From assembly GCA_016650445.1 (NCBI GenBank), contig JAENVS010000011.1, forward strand, positions 177,099 to 241,098: 64,000 nt of DNA, read 5' to 3'. The stretch comes from Frankiaceae bacterium (GTDB taxonomy: Bacteria > Actinomycetota > Actinomycetes > Mycobacteriales > SCTD01). Below are positions 18,219-33,102 of this stretch, one piece after another. Within the stretch, counting starts at the first letter, position 1. The number at the start of each line of letters is the position of its first letter. A program made the position numbers and the translations under genes. The notes below the pieces were generated by a model. The model saw only the letters and a program-made list of their open reading frames with translations. It was not told where the DNA came from and did not search any database.

Positions 18219-18605
18219 TCATGGCGAGCTGGTGCCTTCGCGGCCGTACCGGTCCTCGAGCCGTACGACGTCGTCGAGCTCTGTCGTCGACGCCTCGAGG
18301 AAGACCGAGTCGACGAGGGCTGTCACGCGATGCCGGATGCCCGGACGCAGGTGAATCGACTCGCCGGGTGCGAGCTCGAACTGCTCGAGCCGCGACTCGT
18401 CGGCACCGACCTCGACCGAGAAGCGGCCCGACAGGCAGGAGATGGTCTCCTCCTTGCGCTCGTGATACTGAAGCGACAGGGCATGCCCCTCGTCGACGTG
18501 GATCGCCTTGCCGGCGTACTTGCCGGGGACGTGCGCGAACAGCTCCTCGTGACCCCACGGCTTGTCCGTGCGCTGAACCGGCGTGACCCAGTCGGACTTA
18601 GGCAT
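18219..18605 (-). CDS. cupin domain protein
   Basis: KPWGHE, LSLQYHERKEET, HRV, DVVRLEDRYGR. Confidence 0.85.
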   Translation of the reverse strand: MPKSDWVTPVQRTDKPWGHEELFAHVPGKYAGKAIHVDEGHALSLQYHERKEETISCLSGRFSVEVGADESRLEQFELAPGESIHLRPGIRHRVTALVDSVFLEASTTELDDVVRLEDRYGREGTSSP

Positions 18606-19512
18606 TCAGGCTCCAGGCGATTCCGTCGAGGATGTCGGCCTCGCTGACGAGGACCTCGGTCAGGGCGAGTCGGTCGACCAGGGTCCGCAGGATCAGCGCC
18701 CCGGCCCCGATCACGTCGATGCGACCGGGATGCATGACCGACAGGTCCCCGCGATCGGCCCGGGTCATGCCGAGCACCTGCGTCGTCACCTTCTCGATCT
18801 CCACCGGCGTGAGCCTCGACAGGTGGATCTGCGCGCGGTCGTACGACGACAGGCCCAGCGCGAGCGCGGCGATCGTCGTCACCGAGCCGGCGAGCCCGAC
18901 GGCCGTCCTCGCCTGCTCGACGGGCACGGCGGCCTGGATGCGTTGGATGGCCGCATCGATGTCGTCGACAGCGGCGGCGACCTCGATGTCCGTCGGCGGA
19001 TCGCTGTGCAGGTGCCGCTCGGTCAGCCGCACGCAGCCGACGTCGACGGACAACGCCGCGGTCACCGCGCGGTCACCCAGCACGACCTCGGTCGAGCCGC
19101 CACCGATGTCCATGACGAGGAAGGGCCCCTCGGAGGGGTGGAGCCCGCGGGTGGCTCCGGCGAACGAGAGCGCCGCTTCTTCGTCGCCGCTGATGACCTC
19201 CGGCTCGACACCGAGGATGTCGTGCACCATCGCCCGGAAGTCGTCCGCGTTGTCGGCGTCGCGGCTGGCACTGGTCGCCACCATGCGCGTGCGGGCGACC
19301 TGGAGCTGCCGGCTGGTCGCGGCGTAGTCATCGAGGGCGTCTCGCGTGCGTGCGATCGCCTGCGCCGCAAGGGAACCCGTGCGGTCGACGCCCTCACCGA
19401 GTCGTACGACGCGCATCTCCCGGTGCAGGTCGTGCTGCCCGCCATCGTCGATGTCGGTGACCAGCAGTCGGATCGAGTTGGTACCGCAGTCGATGGCCGC
19501 GACCCTCGTCAC
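18598..19512 (-). CDS. ppx: Ppx/GppA exopolyphosphatase
   Basis: AAIDCGTNSIRL, ATSASRDA, ISGDEEA, DIGGGSTE. Confidence 0.93.
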   Translation of the reverse strand: MTRVAAIDCGTNSIRLLVTDIDDGGQHDLHREMRVVRLGEGVDRTGSLAAQAIARTRDALDDYAATSRQLQVARTRMVATSASRDADNADDFRAMVHDILGVEPEVISGDEEAALSFAGATRGLHPSEGPFLVMDIGGGSTEVVLGDRAVTAALSVDVGCVRLTERHLHSDPPTDIEVAAAVDDIDAAIQRIQAAVPVEQARTAVGLAGSVTTIAALALGLSSYDRAQIHLSRLTPVEIEKVTTQVLGMTRADRGDLSVMHPGRIDVIGAGALILRTLVDRLALTEVLVSEADILDGIAWSLNA

Positions 19513-20000
19513 TCCGGCGCCACGCAGGGGCCGCCGGCACCCCAGTCGGGCAGCAGGTCGAGGGCCTCGTCACCGAACGGGTTGATGCCACGGCCGACCG
19601 CGAGCGCGTGGGCGACGAGCACGTGCAGGCACTTCACCCGGTCAGGCATACCCCCTTGCGCCGGCGCCTTGCCGAGCACCTCCAGCGCATCGCGGCGCGT
19701 GAGGTAGTCGGTTGCGGCTGCTTCGTAGCGCGCCTTCAGCTCCGGGTCGTCGGCGAGCCGGGCGGTCATCGTCTTCATGAGCCCCTCGGACTCGAGCCGG
19801 CCGATCGCCGAGGCCGCCCGTGGGCAGGTCAGGTAGTACAGCGTGGGGAACGGCGTGCCGTCCTCGAGCCGCGGGTTGGTCTCGACGACATCGGGGAGCC
19901 CGCAACCGCAAAGGTGCGCGATGGCCCGCATCGCGCGCGGCGGCCGGCCGAGCTGTGCCTGGACGACCGCACGGTCCCGGTCGGTGAGGGGCTCGCTCAC
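19509..20000 (-). CDS. DUF501 domain protein
   Basis: QLGRPPR, PRLEDGTPFPTLYYLTCP, GGMPDRVKCLH; conserved position between ftsB and ppx. Confidence 0.92.
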   Translation of the reverse strand: MSEPLTDRDRAVVQAQLGRPPRAMRAIAHLCGCGLPDVVETNPRLEDGTPFPTLYYLTCPRAASAIGRLESEGLMKTMTARLADDPELKARYEAAATDYLTRRDALEVLGKAPAQGGMPDRVKCLHVLVAHALAVGRGINPFGDEALDLLPDWGAGGPCVAPE

Positions 20001-20419
20001 TTGTCGGAGCGCACCTGCACCGGGCGGTCGGCGCTGCGCACGCTGCCCCAGAGCTGGGAGTACCACGGCGCCTCCGGACCGATCGGCGCGGACGCAGCAC
20101 GTCGGGCATCGGCGGGAGTGACCGGGGCTGCGCTCGGCGCGATGACGACGTAGGCCGTCTCCCCCGGGCGGACGAAGTGCAGCCGTTCCCTCGCGAGCGC
20201 CGCGATGTAGTCGGGGTCGGCGAGGCGCGCCTTCTGCTCCTCCAGCGCCGCCACCCGTGCACGGGCGGCGTCCTGCGACTGCTGCAGCTGCCTGATGTCC
20301 GCGCGCTGGCTGAGAAACTCCCGCAGCGGCAGCGCAGCGCTGACGACGAGAGCGCACAGCACGAGACCGAGCACCGCCGCTCGGGTCGTCAGCCCGGCCG
20401 GGCTGCGGCTGCCTGTCAT
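19997..20419 (-). CDS. ftsB: septum formation initiator (FtsB/DivIC)
   Basis: TM helix, coiled coil, DPDYIAALARERLHFVRPGE; downstream of eno. Confidence 0.88.
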   Translation of the reverse strand: MTGSRSPAGLTTRAAVLGLVLCALVVSAALPLREFLSQRADIRQLQQSQDAARARVAALEEQKARLADPDYIAALARERLHFVRPGETAYVVIAPSAAPVTPADARRAASAPIGPEAPWYSQLWGSVRSADRPVQVRSDK

Positions 20420-20423
20420 CGCC

Positions 20424-21779
<1,356 letters not shown>

Positions 21780-22340
21780 TTACGCAGGCTGGCCGCGGTG
21801 CAGGCGGGCGCCGACGCGGACGCGGCCGGTGCCGGCGGTCTGCAGGTAGTAGCCGCGGGCGCCGCCGTCGAGCGCGGCGAGGGTGGCTATCACCTCGGGC
21901 CCGACGTCGCCTGCGCCGCGGCCGATCACGACGCGGCTGAACTCCACGCACGGCGGCGCTACCGCGCTCGTGAAGGTCATCGGTCCGGGCTCTGCTTCCA
22001 GCACAAGCTCGCCCGACAGGTCGTCGAGGTGCTCGGTGTCGAGCAGCAACGACTCCCCGGCGATGCCGTCGACCAGGTGCGCGCCGTACCTCTCTCGCAT
22101 CGCCCGGTAACGCGACATCGTCATCAGCGAAACGCCGTTGAGCAGCTTCACGTTGCGGCTGTCGGGGTGGTCGGCGTGATGCACATCGAGGACGCCGTCG
22201 CCGACGACGCCCCGGGGCCCGATCTCGAGCTCGGCCACCTCGAGCAGGGGCTCCGGGTTGTAGACGCGCGTCGTGGCGGGGCCGGGCTTCAACCGGGAGC
22301 GCTGCACCTGAAGCCGGATGACGGTGCCGATCAGCTCCAT
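21780..22340 (-). CDS. MOSC-like beta-barrel protein
   Basis: GVVGD, GIAGESLL, PPCVEF, RGYY..G.VRVG resemble MOSC; divergent. Confidence 0.55.
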   Translation of the reverse strand: MELIGTVIRLQVQRSRLKPGPATTRVYNPEPLLEVAELEIGPRGVVGDGVLDVHHADHPDSRNVKLLNGVSLMTMSRYRAMRERYGAHLVDGIAGESLLLDTEHLDDLSGELVLEAEPGPMTFTSAVAPPCVEFSRVVIGRGAGDVGPEVIATLAALDGGARGYYLQTAGTGRVRVGARLHRGQPA

Positions 22341-23005
22341 CGCGACTGCCACTGCTCAGGGGTGAGCGTGGCGGGGTCGATCCCTTCGGCGACGAGCTCG
22401 CCTTCGAGCGCTGCGAGCCGGTCGCGATAGGCCCGCGCGACGGACCGAAGCTCCGCCTCGGGGTCCACGCCCTCGGCGCGGCACCGGACGACCAGCGCCC
22501 ACAGCTCACCGCCCACCCCCTCGTACGACGGGGTCGGCGCACCGAGGCGCTCACCACGCTTCTGCAGCTTCGCCGCAAGAGCGAGGGCGGGCTGTCCGAG
22601 GGGTACGCCGTCCGTCACCGACGCCCGGCCCTTCTCCGCCTGCTTGATCGCCTCCCACGTCCGATCGAGGTCGTCGGCAGGCGTGCCCTCGAACACGTGC
22701 GGGTGCCGGCGTACCAGCTTGTCGACGAGGTCAGCCGCGACGTCGTCGATCGACCACGGCTGGTCGTGCTCCTGCGCGAGCCGGGCGTGGAACACGACCT
22801 GCAGGAGGACGTCGCCGAGCTCCTCGCGCAGGTCGGCGTGGTCGCCGTCCTCGATCGCGGCGTAGGCCTCGTAGGCCTCTTCGAGCAGGTAGGGCTTCAG
22901 GCTCTCGTGCGTCTGCTGCGCATCCCAGGGGCAGCCGCCGGGCGACCGTAGCCGGTCCATGACGGCGACGACGTCGAGCAGCCGCGCGCCAGGCGCGTCG
23001 GTCAC
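22331..23005 (-). CDS. mazG: MazG nucleoside triphosphate pyrophosphohydrolase
   Basis: CPWDAQQTHESL, EEAYE, EELGDVLLQVVFH, RRHPHVF. Confidence 0.93.
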   Translation of the reverse strand: MTDAPGARLLDVVAVMDRLRSPGGCPWDAQQTHESLKPYLLEEAYEAYAAIEDGDHADLREELGDVLLQVVFHARLAQEHDQPWSIDDVAADLVDKLVRRHPHVFEGTPADDLDRTWEAIKQAEKGRASVTDGVPLGQPALALAAKLQKRGERLGAPTPSYEGVGGELWALVVRCRAEGVDPEAELRSVARAYRDRLAALEGELVAEGIDPATLTPEQWQSRWS

Positions 23006-24120
23006 TGCGAGGGCGGTGATGCCGGGTCGCCCGGCTGGCCACCCTGCTGCGGGTCGGTCCCGGGCTGGCCGCCCTGCTGCGGGTCGATGCCCGGCTGGGT
23101 CCCGGCCCCACCGTCGTCGCCCGGCGAGGGGGCGGGGCTGCTGACGGCGTCCTTGGCGGATGCCTCCACGACCGCGAGCTGGGTGCTGTCCCAGCGGCCG
23201 AACCGGGGGTTGACCTTGATCTTGAGCTCGGTCGCGATCTTCGCCAGCAGTTCACCCAGCCGCTGATCCCGCTGGCCCTGCAGCATGGTGCGACGAATGC
23301 GCGGCGTGGCCTGTTCCAGCGTCGTCGTTCGCCGGTCGATGACGTGCACGACGTGGTAGCCGAACTGCGTCTTGACCTCGACGTAGTCACCCGGCTTCGC
23401 GCCGAAGACTGCGTCCTCGAACTCCTTGACGAACTGCCCGCGGCCGGCGAAGCCGAGGTCGCCGCCCTTGTCCTTGTTGGACGTGTCGGTCGACGACGTG
23501 GCGGCGATCGTCGCGAACTGGGCGGGGTCCGCCTTCACCTGCGCCAGGATCGCGTCGGCCTGCGGCTTAGCCGCGACGAGGATGTGCGCCGTGTGCACCT
23601 GGTCGAACTGCGCGGCGTTCTGCTTGTACTGCGCCTGGATCTCCGCCGCGGGGATGTCGATGTCCGCGGTGACCTTGTCGCCGACCAGCTCCCTGGTTAC
23701 CTCGTCGGCGATGAACGAGCGCAGGTCCTCCTTGGCGACGCCGCCCTGGGCAGCCGTCTGGACCAGACCCTCGGGGCCGCCGTACTGCTGTTCGAACTCC
23801 GCGAACTTCGCGTCGATCTCGCCCGATGTCGCCGTGACGTCTGACCGCCTGGCGGTCTCAGCCAGCAGCTCGTGCAGGATCAGACGGCCGAGCGTCTCGC
23901 GCTGGAACTTCGCCTTGTCGGCGCCGAGCTGCTGTTGCGCCTGGGGGTCCTTGAGCCCGCGCTCCACGAACCCGGCGAGGGCGTCGGTGGTGATCCGCTT
24001 GTCGCCGACGGTGGCCGCGGCCCCCGACCGGACCGGGGCGTCGCCGCAGCCGCTGAGGACGAGCGCCATCAGCCCGGCGGCTGCCGTCGCTGTCGCGAGC
24101 CTGTGGAGGGTGCGGGTCAC
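23002..24120 (-). CDS. PrsA/SurA-type peptidylprolyl isomerase lipoprotein
   Basis: Lipobox LSGC, AHILV, GGDLGF, FEDAVF, TQFGYHV parvulin motifs; C-terminal QPGxDPQQGG repeats. Confidence 0.88.
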   Translation of the reverse strand: MTRTLHRLATATAAAGLMALVLSGCGDAPVRSGAAATVGDKRITTDALAGFVERGLKDPQAQQQLGADKAKFQRETLGRLILHELLAETARRSDVTATSGEIDAKFAEFEQQYGGPEGLVQTAAQGGVAKEDLRSFIADEVTRELVGDKVTADIDIPAAEIQAQYKQNAAQFDQVHTAHILVAAKPQADAILAQVKADPAQFATIAATSSTDTSNKDKGGDLGFAGRGQFVKEFEDAVFGAKPGDYVEVKTQFGYHVVHVIDRRTTTLEQATPRIRRTMLQGQRDQRLGELLAKIATELKIKVNPRFGRWDSTQLAVVEASAKDAVSSPAPSPGDDGGAGTQPGIDPQQGGQPGTDPQQGGQPGDPASPPSQ

Positions 24121-24181
24121 TGCGTGAGGTCCTTCCGGAACGGCGTAGCGCCAGGGGATTGGGGACAAGTTTCCCATGTCG

Positions 24182-27739
<3,558 letters not shown>

Positions 27740-27871
27740 GTCTTCGGGGGCCTTCCAGGGTCTTCCGGGGTCCCCGACGAATCGTGAGCGAAGCGAGCGA
27801 TTTGTTGGGGTGGAAGCGCAACTATCCCCGCTCGGCGAGAGACCGGGGGGGTGGGCGGAACGCAGCCCAGC

Positions 27872-28456
27872 CTAGTTGGGGGGCTCGTCGGCGTGGAAGG
27901 TGTTCTGGGCCGCCTCGAGCGTCCCCAGGAGCAGCGCCTCGACCGCGTCAGCTGCCCGGTCGTAGAGGAACGGGAGCTCCCTGCGCTCGGTCGGCGCGAA
28001 GTCCTTCAGGACGTAGTCGGCCGGGTCCTGCCGGCCCGGCGGACGACCGATGCCGAACCGGACGCGAAGGTACTCGCGCGAGCCCAGGGCCTTGCTCACC
28101 GACCGCGGTCCGTTGTGGCTCTCCGTGCCGCCGCGCTTGAGCCGGATGCGCCCGAAGGCGATGTCGAGCTCGTCGTGGACGACGATGATCCGGTCGACCG
28201 GGATCTTGTAGAAGTCACGCAGGCTGGCGACCGGCCCGCCCGACTCGTTCATGTAGCACTTGGGTTTGGCGAGGATCGTGCGTACGCCGGCCACGCGGCC
28301 CTCGATCACGTCCGCACGGCCCTTGTGGGCCTTGAACTTCCCGCCCACGCGGGCGCCGAGCTCGTCGAGGACCCCGAAGCCGGCGTTGTGCCGGTTGCCG
28401 GCGTACGTCGGACCTGGGTTGCCGAGCCCGACGACCAGCCAGACGTCGTCCGGCAC
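27872..28456 (-). CDS. pth: peptidyl-tRNA hydrolase
   Basis: VGLGNPG, RHNAGF, YMNESG, HDELD, HNG. Confidence 0.96.
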   Translation of the reverse strand: MPDDVWLVVGLGNPGPTYAGNRHNAGFGVLDELGARVGGKFKAHKGRADVIEGRVAGVRTILAKPKCYMNESGGPVASLRDFYKIPVDRIIVVHDELDIAFGRIRLKRGGTESHNGPRSVSKALGSREYLRVRFGIGRPPGRQDPADYVLKDFAPTERRELPFLYDRAADAVEALLLGTLEAAQNTFHADEPPN

Positions 28457-29178
28457 TACTCCTCGGTGGACGTCTCGGACTTCGGCGCGTCGTCGTCCCC
28501 GGCTGCGTCACCCTCGGACTCGCCCTCGGGCTCCTCACCGGCAGCGGCAGCCGCCTCGGCCTCGTGCGCCTCGGCGCCGGCCTGGCCGGAGCCCAGCTCC
28601 TCCTCGGCGGCGGCGAGCTCGGCCTCGAGCTGCTCCTCGGTCTGGACGCCCAGGCCCTGCACGATGACGTGGTCAGCGTCCTGCGCGAGCGTCGTACCGC
28701 TGGGGAGCGTGACCTGACCGGCGGTGATCTTCTGGCCGGGCTGCAGGCCCTGGATGCTGACCTCGACGTGGTCCGGAAGCGCCGTCGCGTCGGCCTCGAT
28801 GGTCAGCGTCATCGTCTGCTGGTCGACGAGCGTATCGGGACCGCCGGCGCCGGTCAGGTGGATCGCGACCTCGACGGTGACCTTCTCGCCCTTGCGGACG
28901 GCGACGAGGTCGACGTGCTCGAGGTGACCCTTCAGCGGGTCGCGGACGACCGACTTGGCCAGTGCGAGCTGGTCGCCGTCGGCGGTCTCGAGCGTGAGCA
29001 GGGCGTTGGCGTCGTGGCGCAGGGCCATCATCAGGTCGTGCCCGGGCAGGGAGAAGTGGCGGGGCTCGTCACCGTGGCCGTAGAGCACGGCCGGGACCTT
29101 GTGAGCCATCCGGACGCGACGGGCGTGGCCCTTGCCGAACTGCGTACGGGGCTCGGCGACGATGCGTACCTCGGCCAC
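28456..29178 (-). CDS. rplY: 50S ribosomal protein L25/Ctc
   Basis: [22 protein letters not shown]; acidic tail. Confidence 0.95.
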   Translation of the reverse strand: MAEVRIVAEPRTQFGKGHARRVRMAHKVPAVLYGHGDEPRHFSLPGHDLMMALRHDANALLTLETADGDQLALAKSVVRDPLKGHLEHVDLVAVRKGEKVTVEVAIHLTGAGGPDTLVDQQTMTLTIEADATALPDHVEVSIQGLQPGQKITAGQVTLPSGTTLAQDADHVIVQGLGVQTEEQLEAELAAAEEELGSGQAGAEAHEAEAAAAAGEEPEGESEGDAAGDDDAPKSETSTEE

Positions 29179-29275
29179 GGCGAAACTCTCCTCTTGCCTA
29201 CTGCTTGGGGTCGGGGGCCGTCCTCGTAGACCGGCGCGACCAGGAACTCTACCCGCGTTGGCGGAGAGCCCGAAA

Positions 29276-30253
29276 TCAGGCCTGGCCGTCGAACAGGCTC
29301 GTGACCGAGCCGTCCTCGAAGACCTCGCTGATCGCGCGGGCGATGAGGGGCGCGATGGACAGCACGGTGAGCTTGTCGAAGCGGCGGTCGCTGTCGATGG
29401 GCAGCGTGTTGGTGATGACGATCTCCGAGATGCGGCTGTTCTTGAGGCGGTCGACGGCGGGACCGCTCAGTACGCCGTGGGTAGCCGTGACGATGACGTC
29501 GGCGGCGCCGTTCTCGAAGAGCAGGTCGGCCGCCTTGATGATGGTCCCGCCGGTGTCGATCATGTCGTCGACGAGGATGCAGGTCTTGCCCTCGACGGCA
29601 CCGACGACCTCGCCGACCTTGACCTCGTTGGGAACGTTGGGGTCACGGCGCTTGTGGATGATCGCGAGGCCACAACCCAGGCGGTCGGTCCAGCGCTCGG
29701 CGACCCGGACCCGTCCGGCGTCCGGTGAGACGACGACGAGGTCCTGGTCGCCCCACTTCTCCTGCACGTGGTCGGCGAGCAGCGGCAGGGCGAACAAGTG
29801 GTCGACCGGTCCGTCGAAGAAGCCCTGGATCTGGGCCGTGTGCAGGTCGACGGACATCAGCCGGTCGGCGCCGGCCGTGAGGAACAGGTCGGCGATGAGA
29901 CGGGCGCTGATCGGCTCGCGCCCGCGGTGCTTCTTGTCCTGCCGGGCGTAGGGGTAGAAGGGCATGACGACGGTGATCCGCTTGGCGCTCGCGCGCTTGA
30001 GCGCGTCGACCATCAGCAGCTGCTCCATCACCCAGGTGTTGATCGGGGTGGCGTGGCTCTGCAGGACGAACGCGTCGCAGCCGCGGACGGACTCCTCGAA
30101 GCGGACGAAGATCTCGCCATTGGCGAACTCGTAGGCGCTGGTCGGCACGGGCGCGACCCCGAGCTCGACCCCCACCTCCGCGGCCAGCTCGGGGTAGGCC
30201 CGGCCGGTGAAGAGCATGAGGTTCTTGCGGGACTGGATCTCGAGACCGCTCAT
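29276..30253 (-). CDS. prs: ribose-phosphate pyrophosphokinase
   Basis: [38 protein letters not shown]. Confidence 0.97.
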   Translation of the reverse strand: MSGLEIQSRKNLMLFTGRAYPELAAEVGVELGVAPVPTSAYEFANGEIFVRFEESVRGCDAFVLQSHATPINTWVMEQLLMVDALKRASAKRITVVMPFYPYARQDKKHRGREPISARLIADLFLTAGADRLMSVDLHTAQIQGFFDGPVDHLFALPLLADHVQEKWGDQDLVVVSPDAGRVRVAERWTDRLGCGLAIIHKRRDPNVPNEVKVGEVVGAVEGKTCILVDDMIDTGGTIIKAADLLFENGAADVIVTATHGVLSGPAVDRLKNSRISEIVITNTLPIDSDRRFDKLTVLSIAPLIARAISEVFEDGSVTSLFDGQA

Positions 30254-31644
30254 GTGCCTTGCTTCCCCCGCTTGCGCTCGACCCAGCCCTCGATGTTGCG
30301 CTGGCGTGCCCGTCCGACCCCGAGTGCGCCCGGGGGCACGTCGTTGGTGATGGCGGATCCGGCGGCGGTGTAGCCACCGTCGCCAATAGTGACAGGTGCG
30401 ACGAGGCTGTTGTTGCTGCCCACGCGGACGTCGTCGCCGATTTTCGTCTTGTGCTTCGCGCGGCCGTCGTAGTTGACGACGATCGTGCCGGCGCCGATGT
30501 TGCTGCGCTCGCCAATCGTCGCGTCGCCGACGTAGGCCAGGTGCGGCACCTTGCTGCCGTCGCCGATCTCACTGGCCTTGACCTCGACGTAGGCGCCGAC
30601 CTTCGCGCCGCGGCCCAGCCGGGTGCCCGGACGCAGGTAGCTGTAGGGCCCGACGGTCGCCTCGGCTCCGATGACGGCACCGTCCGCCGTCGTGCGCCGG
30701 ACGGTTGCGCCCTCGCCGACCTCGGTGCTGGTCAGCGTGCTGTCGGGGCCGACGACCGCACCCCGGCGTACGACGGTGGTGCCTTTGAGCTGGGTGTTGG
30801 GCAGGACCGTCGCGTCGGGCTCGATCACGACATCGACGTCGATCCAGGTGGTTTCGGGGTCGAGGATGGCGACGCCGGCCAGCATGTGGGCCCGGTTGAC
30901 GCGGTCGCGCAGGACGCGGGCGGCCACGGCGAGCTGGATGCGGTCATTGACCCCAACGGTTTCGCCCCAGTGCTCGACCACCCGGCCACCGACGGTCAGC
31001 CCGGCGTCCTTGTGGAGGCGTACGACGTCGGGGAGGTACTCCTCGCCCTGCGCGTTGTCGGTCGACAGCTTGCCGAGCGCCTCGCGCAGCGGGCCGGCCG
31101 CGAAGGCGTAGTGGCCGGTGGCGATCTCGTCGATGCGCAGGACGGCATCGTCGGCGTCCTTGTGCTCGACGACCCGCAGTACGTCGGGACCCTCGCGGAC
31201 GACGCGGCCGTAGCCCGTCGGGTCCGGGTAGCGGGCTGTCAGCAGGGTGGTCGCGGCGCCGGCGGCCTCGTGCTGGGCGACGAGCGCGACGAGGGTGGCG
31301 GGCGTGAGGAGTGGCGCGTCGCCGGGGACGACGACGACGGTGCCCTCGACGTGGTCGAGCCCGTCCAGCGCGATGCGGACGGCGTGGCCGGTGCCGTTCT
31401 GCTCGGCCTGCACGACGGTGGTCGCCTGCGGGTCGAGCTCGGCAAGGGCGGCGGTGACCTGGTCGCGGCCGTGCCCGACGACCACGACGAGGTGCTCCGG
31501 CTGGAGCGCGCGGGCGGCCGCGACGACGTGCCCGAGCATGCTGCGGCCGCCGAGCTCGTGCAGGACCTTCGCGGTTGCGCTCTTCATCCGGGTGCCCTCG
31601 CCGGCGGCCAGGACGACGACCGCGGCCGGGCGCGCGTCGGTCAC
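30250..31644 (-). CDS. glmU: bifunctional UDP-GlcNAc pyrophosphorylase/acetyltransferase
   Basis: [24 protein letters not shown], hexapeptide repeats; GAGGAG RBS. Confidence 0.96.
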   Translation of the reverse strand: MTDARPAAVVVLAAGEGTRMKSATAKVLHELGGRSMLGHVVAAARALQPEHLVVVVGHGRDQVTAALAELDPQATTVVQAEQNGTGHAVRIALDGLDHVEGTVVVVPGDAPLLTPATLVALVAQHEAAGAATTLLTARYPDPTGYGRVVREGPDVLRVVEHKDADDAVLRIDEIATGHYAFAAGPLREALGKLSTDNAQGEEYLPDVVRLHKDAGLTVGGRVVEHWGETVGVNDRIQLAVAARVLRDRVNRAHMLAGVAILDPETTWIDVDVVIEPDATVLPNTQLKGTTVVRRGAVVGPDSTLTSTEVGEGATVRRTTADGAVIGAEATVGPYSYLRPGTRLGRGAKVGAYVEVKASEIGDGSKVPHLAYVGDATIGERSNIGAGTIVVNYDGRAKHKTKIGDDVRVGSNNSLVAPVTIGDGGYTAAGSAITNDVPPGALGVGRARQRNIEGWVERKRGKQGT

Positions 31645-31731
31645 CACAGGCTCCTCGGGCGGGGCTGGCTGCCGGAGAACCCGGCCGTGGCACTGTACTG
31701 GCAAGTCACGTTATGCAATCAGAAAACTACG

Positions 31732-31804
31732 CTCGGCTGCCTGGACTCGAACCAGGATCGCATGGCATCAAAGGCCAGCAGGCTACCTATTGCCCCACAG
31801 CCGA
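31732..31804 (-). tRNA. tRNA-Gln(TTG)
   Basis: TCGGCTG/CAGCCGA acceptor stem, anticodon loop CTTTGAT, T-arm CCTGG-TTCGAGT-CCAGG, discriminator G; usual actinobacterial position upstream of glmU. Confidence 0.85.
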
Positions 31805-31813
31805 AGGGGTTCC

Positions 31814-32899
31814 TCAGGATGCCATGGACCCAGCTGCAGCCACTGCGCCAGCCGCGACCCCTCGCCAGGCGCCTTCAATCTCCTGATACAGCTGTCGACC
31901 TTGCAGAACGCGCACGATCAGGCATCCGACGTACGCGTCGCCGATGTTCTTCCTGGTGGTCTTCGGATTGTGTCGCTTCAGGCTTGGGCGACCGATGAAA
32001 CCAGGGTCAACGTCCGCGATGTCAGCCCAGTACCGGGTCGCGGCCTCAACATCGGCCGACTCGTGGATCGACAGATTCAGTCGAAGACGGTCCCGTCCGT
32101 ACCCACGCCGACGCAACCATTCGAGCCAGACACATATGACCGAGGGGTCACTGTTGATGAGGGTCACGGTTTCGCGTCGTTCGTAGGACTTGTCCTTGCT
32201 GCCTTCGCACCAATAGGCGGTAACGGCTACGAGCTCGAGTTCGCGATCACTCAGGACGCCAATTCGCGCGGCCGCGGCCTGCTTGACCGCGACGCGTTCC
32301 GCGTCTCGTTCCCCCAGTACCGCATCCCAGCGCTTGCGGCTCATCATGCGGACGTGCTCCTGGTTTCCACCATGCCGGGCGCGTGGCGGGACCGGGATAC
32401 CCGTGCACCACAGGCAGGCCGTCTTGATCGAGACGGAGAACTCGTCCGCGATCTCCTTCAGGAGGTAGCCGTCGACCCGCATCTGACGCGCGTTCGCGAT
32501 GCGGTCACCACGCAACTCGGCGGGTTCGAGCAGCGACAACTGCCCCCCAGCAGGCGTGGACTCGGTCCCATGAACGCCTTCGCGCTGCTCGTCCGTGGGA
32601 TGGGGCAAGTCACGCAGCCACAGGGAGAGCGAACCCTTGCTGACGCCCAACTCGTCTGCGATCTCGTCGTATGTGCGGCCGGCCTCCCGCAACGCAACCG
32701 CAGCAGCGCGGTGGTCATCCTTGGCGCGCGGCCGCCGGAGCGAGTCGGGCACCTCCGTTCCCCGCAGGAGCTCCTTGGCGAGGTCGTCGCCAATACCGAG
32801 TGCTTGCTCGATCTCTCGACGGGACCTGCCGGCGGCGCGCATCGCGCGGGCCTGCTCGCCGAGCTCGATCTTCTCTTGCGCCGTACGGTGCCTGCCCAC
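31814..32899 (-). CDS. multi-HTH protein with LAGLIDADG-like C-terminal domain (putative homing endonuclease)
   Basis: GGAGG RBS then GTG; three HTH repeats (GRSRREIEQALGI, GRTYDEIADELGVSKGSL, GYLLKEIADEFSVS) then ELVAVTAYWCEGS...INSDP. Confidence 0.65.
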   Translation of the reverse strand: MGRHRTAQEKIELGEQARAMRAAGRSRREIEQALGIGDDLAKELLRGTEVPDSLRRPRAKDDHRAAAVALREAGRTYDEIADELGVSKGSLSLWLRDLPHPTDEQREGVHGTESTPAGGQLSLLEPAELRGDRIANARQMRVDGYLLKEIADEFSVSIKTACLWCTGIPVPPRARHGGNQEHVRMMSRKRWDAVLGERDAERVAVKQAAAARIGVLSDRELELVAVTAYWCEGSKDKSYERRETVTLINSDPSVICVWLEWLRRRGYGRDRLRLNLSIHESADVEAATRYWADIADVDPGFIGRPSLKRHNPKTTRKNIGDAYVGCLIVRVLQGRQLYQEIEGAWRGVAAGAVAAAGSMAS

Positions 32900-33045
32900 G
32901 CCGAACCTCCACGTCGTACCGGTTCGACCCCTTCGCCATGCTCCTGCCGTGCCGGGGTTCACCGGGGCGTGCGAGGGAAACCTGTGGATGACCCCCTCGC
33001 CTGTGGACGACCGTTTGCCAAACGTTCGCCCAACCGGCTCTAGCC

Positions 33046-33078
33046 ACCTACGGATCCGTAGGTTACGGTTGCGTAAGC
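33046..33078. promoter_or_regulatory. tandem palindromic operator upstream of desaturase
   Basis: Perfect ACCTACGGATCCGTAGGT overlapping imperfect GGTTACGGTTGCGTAAGC. Confidence 0.65.
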
Positions 33079-33102
33079 CCGCAGACCAGCCTGGAGACAC
33101 CC

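Noticed and set aside
23024-23100. 30-nt tandem repeats (and CCGAGC repeats at 8519) as a CRISPR-like array
   Set aside because: In-frame coding low-complexity repeats, no unique spacers, no cas genes
29179-29275. L25 autoregulatory leader
   Set aside because: Only a -10 candidate (TAGAGT) and RBS visible; no supportable conserved structure
32914-32927. TCGAAC-CG-GTACGA upstream of the LAGLIDADG-like gene as SOS box
   Set aside because: Spacer is 2 nt instead of 4
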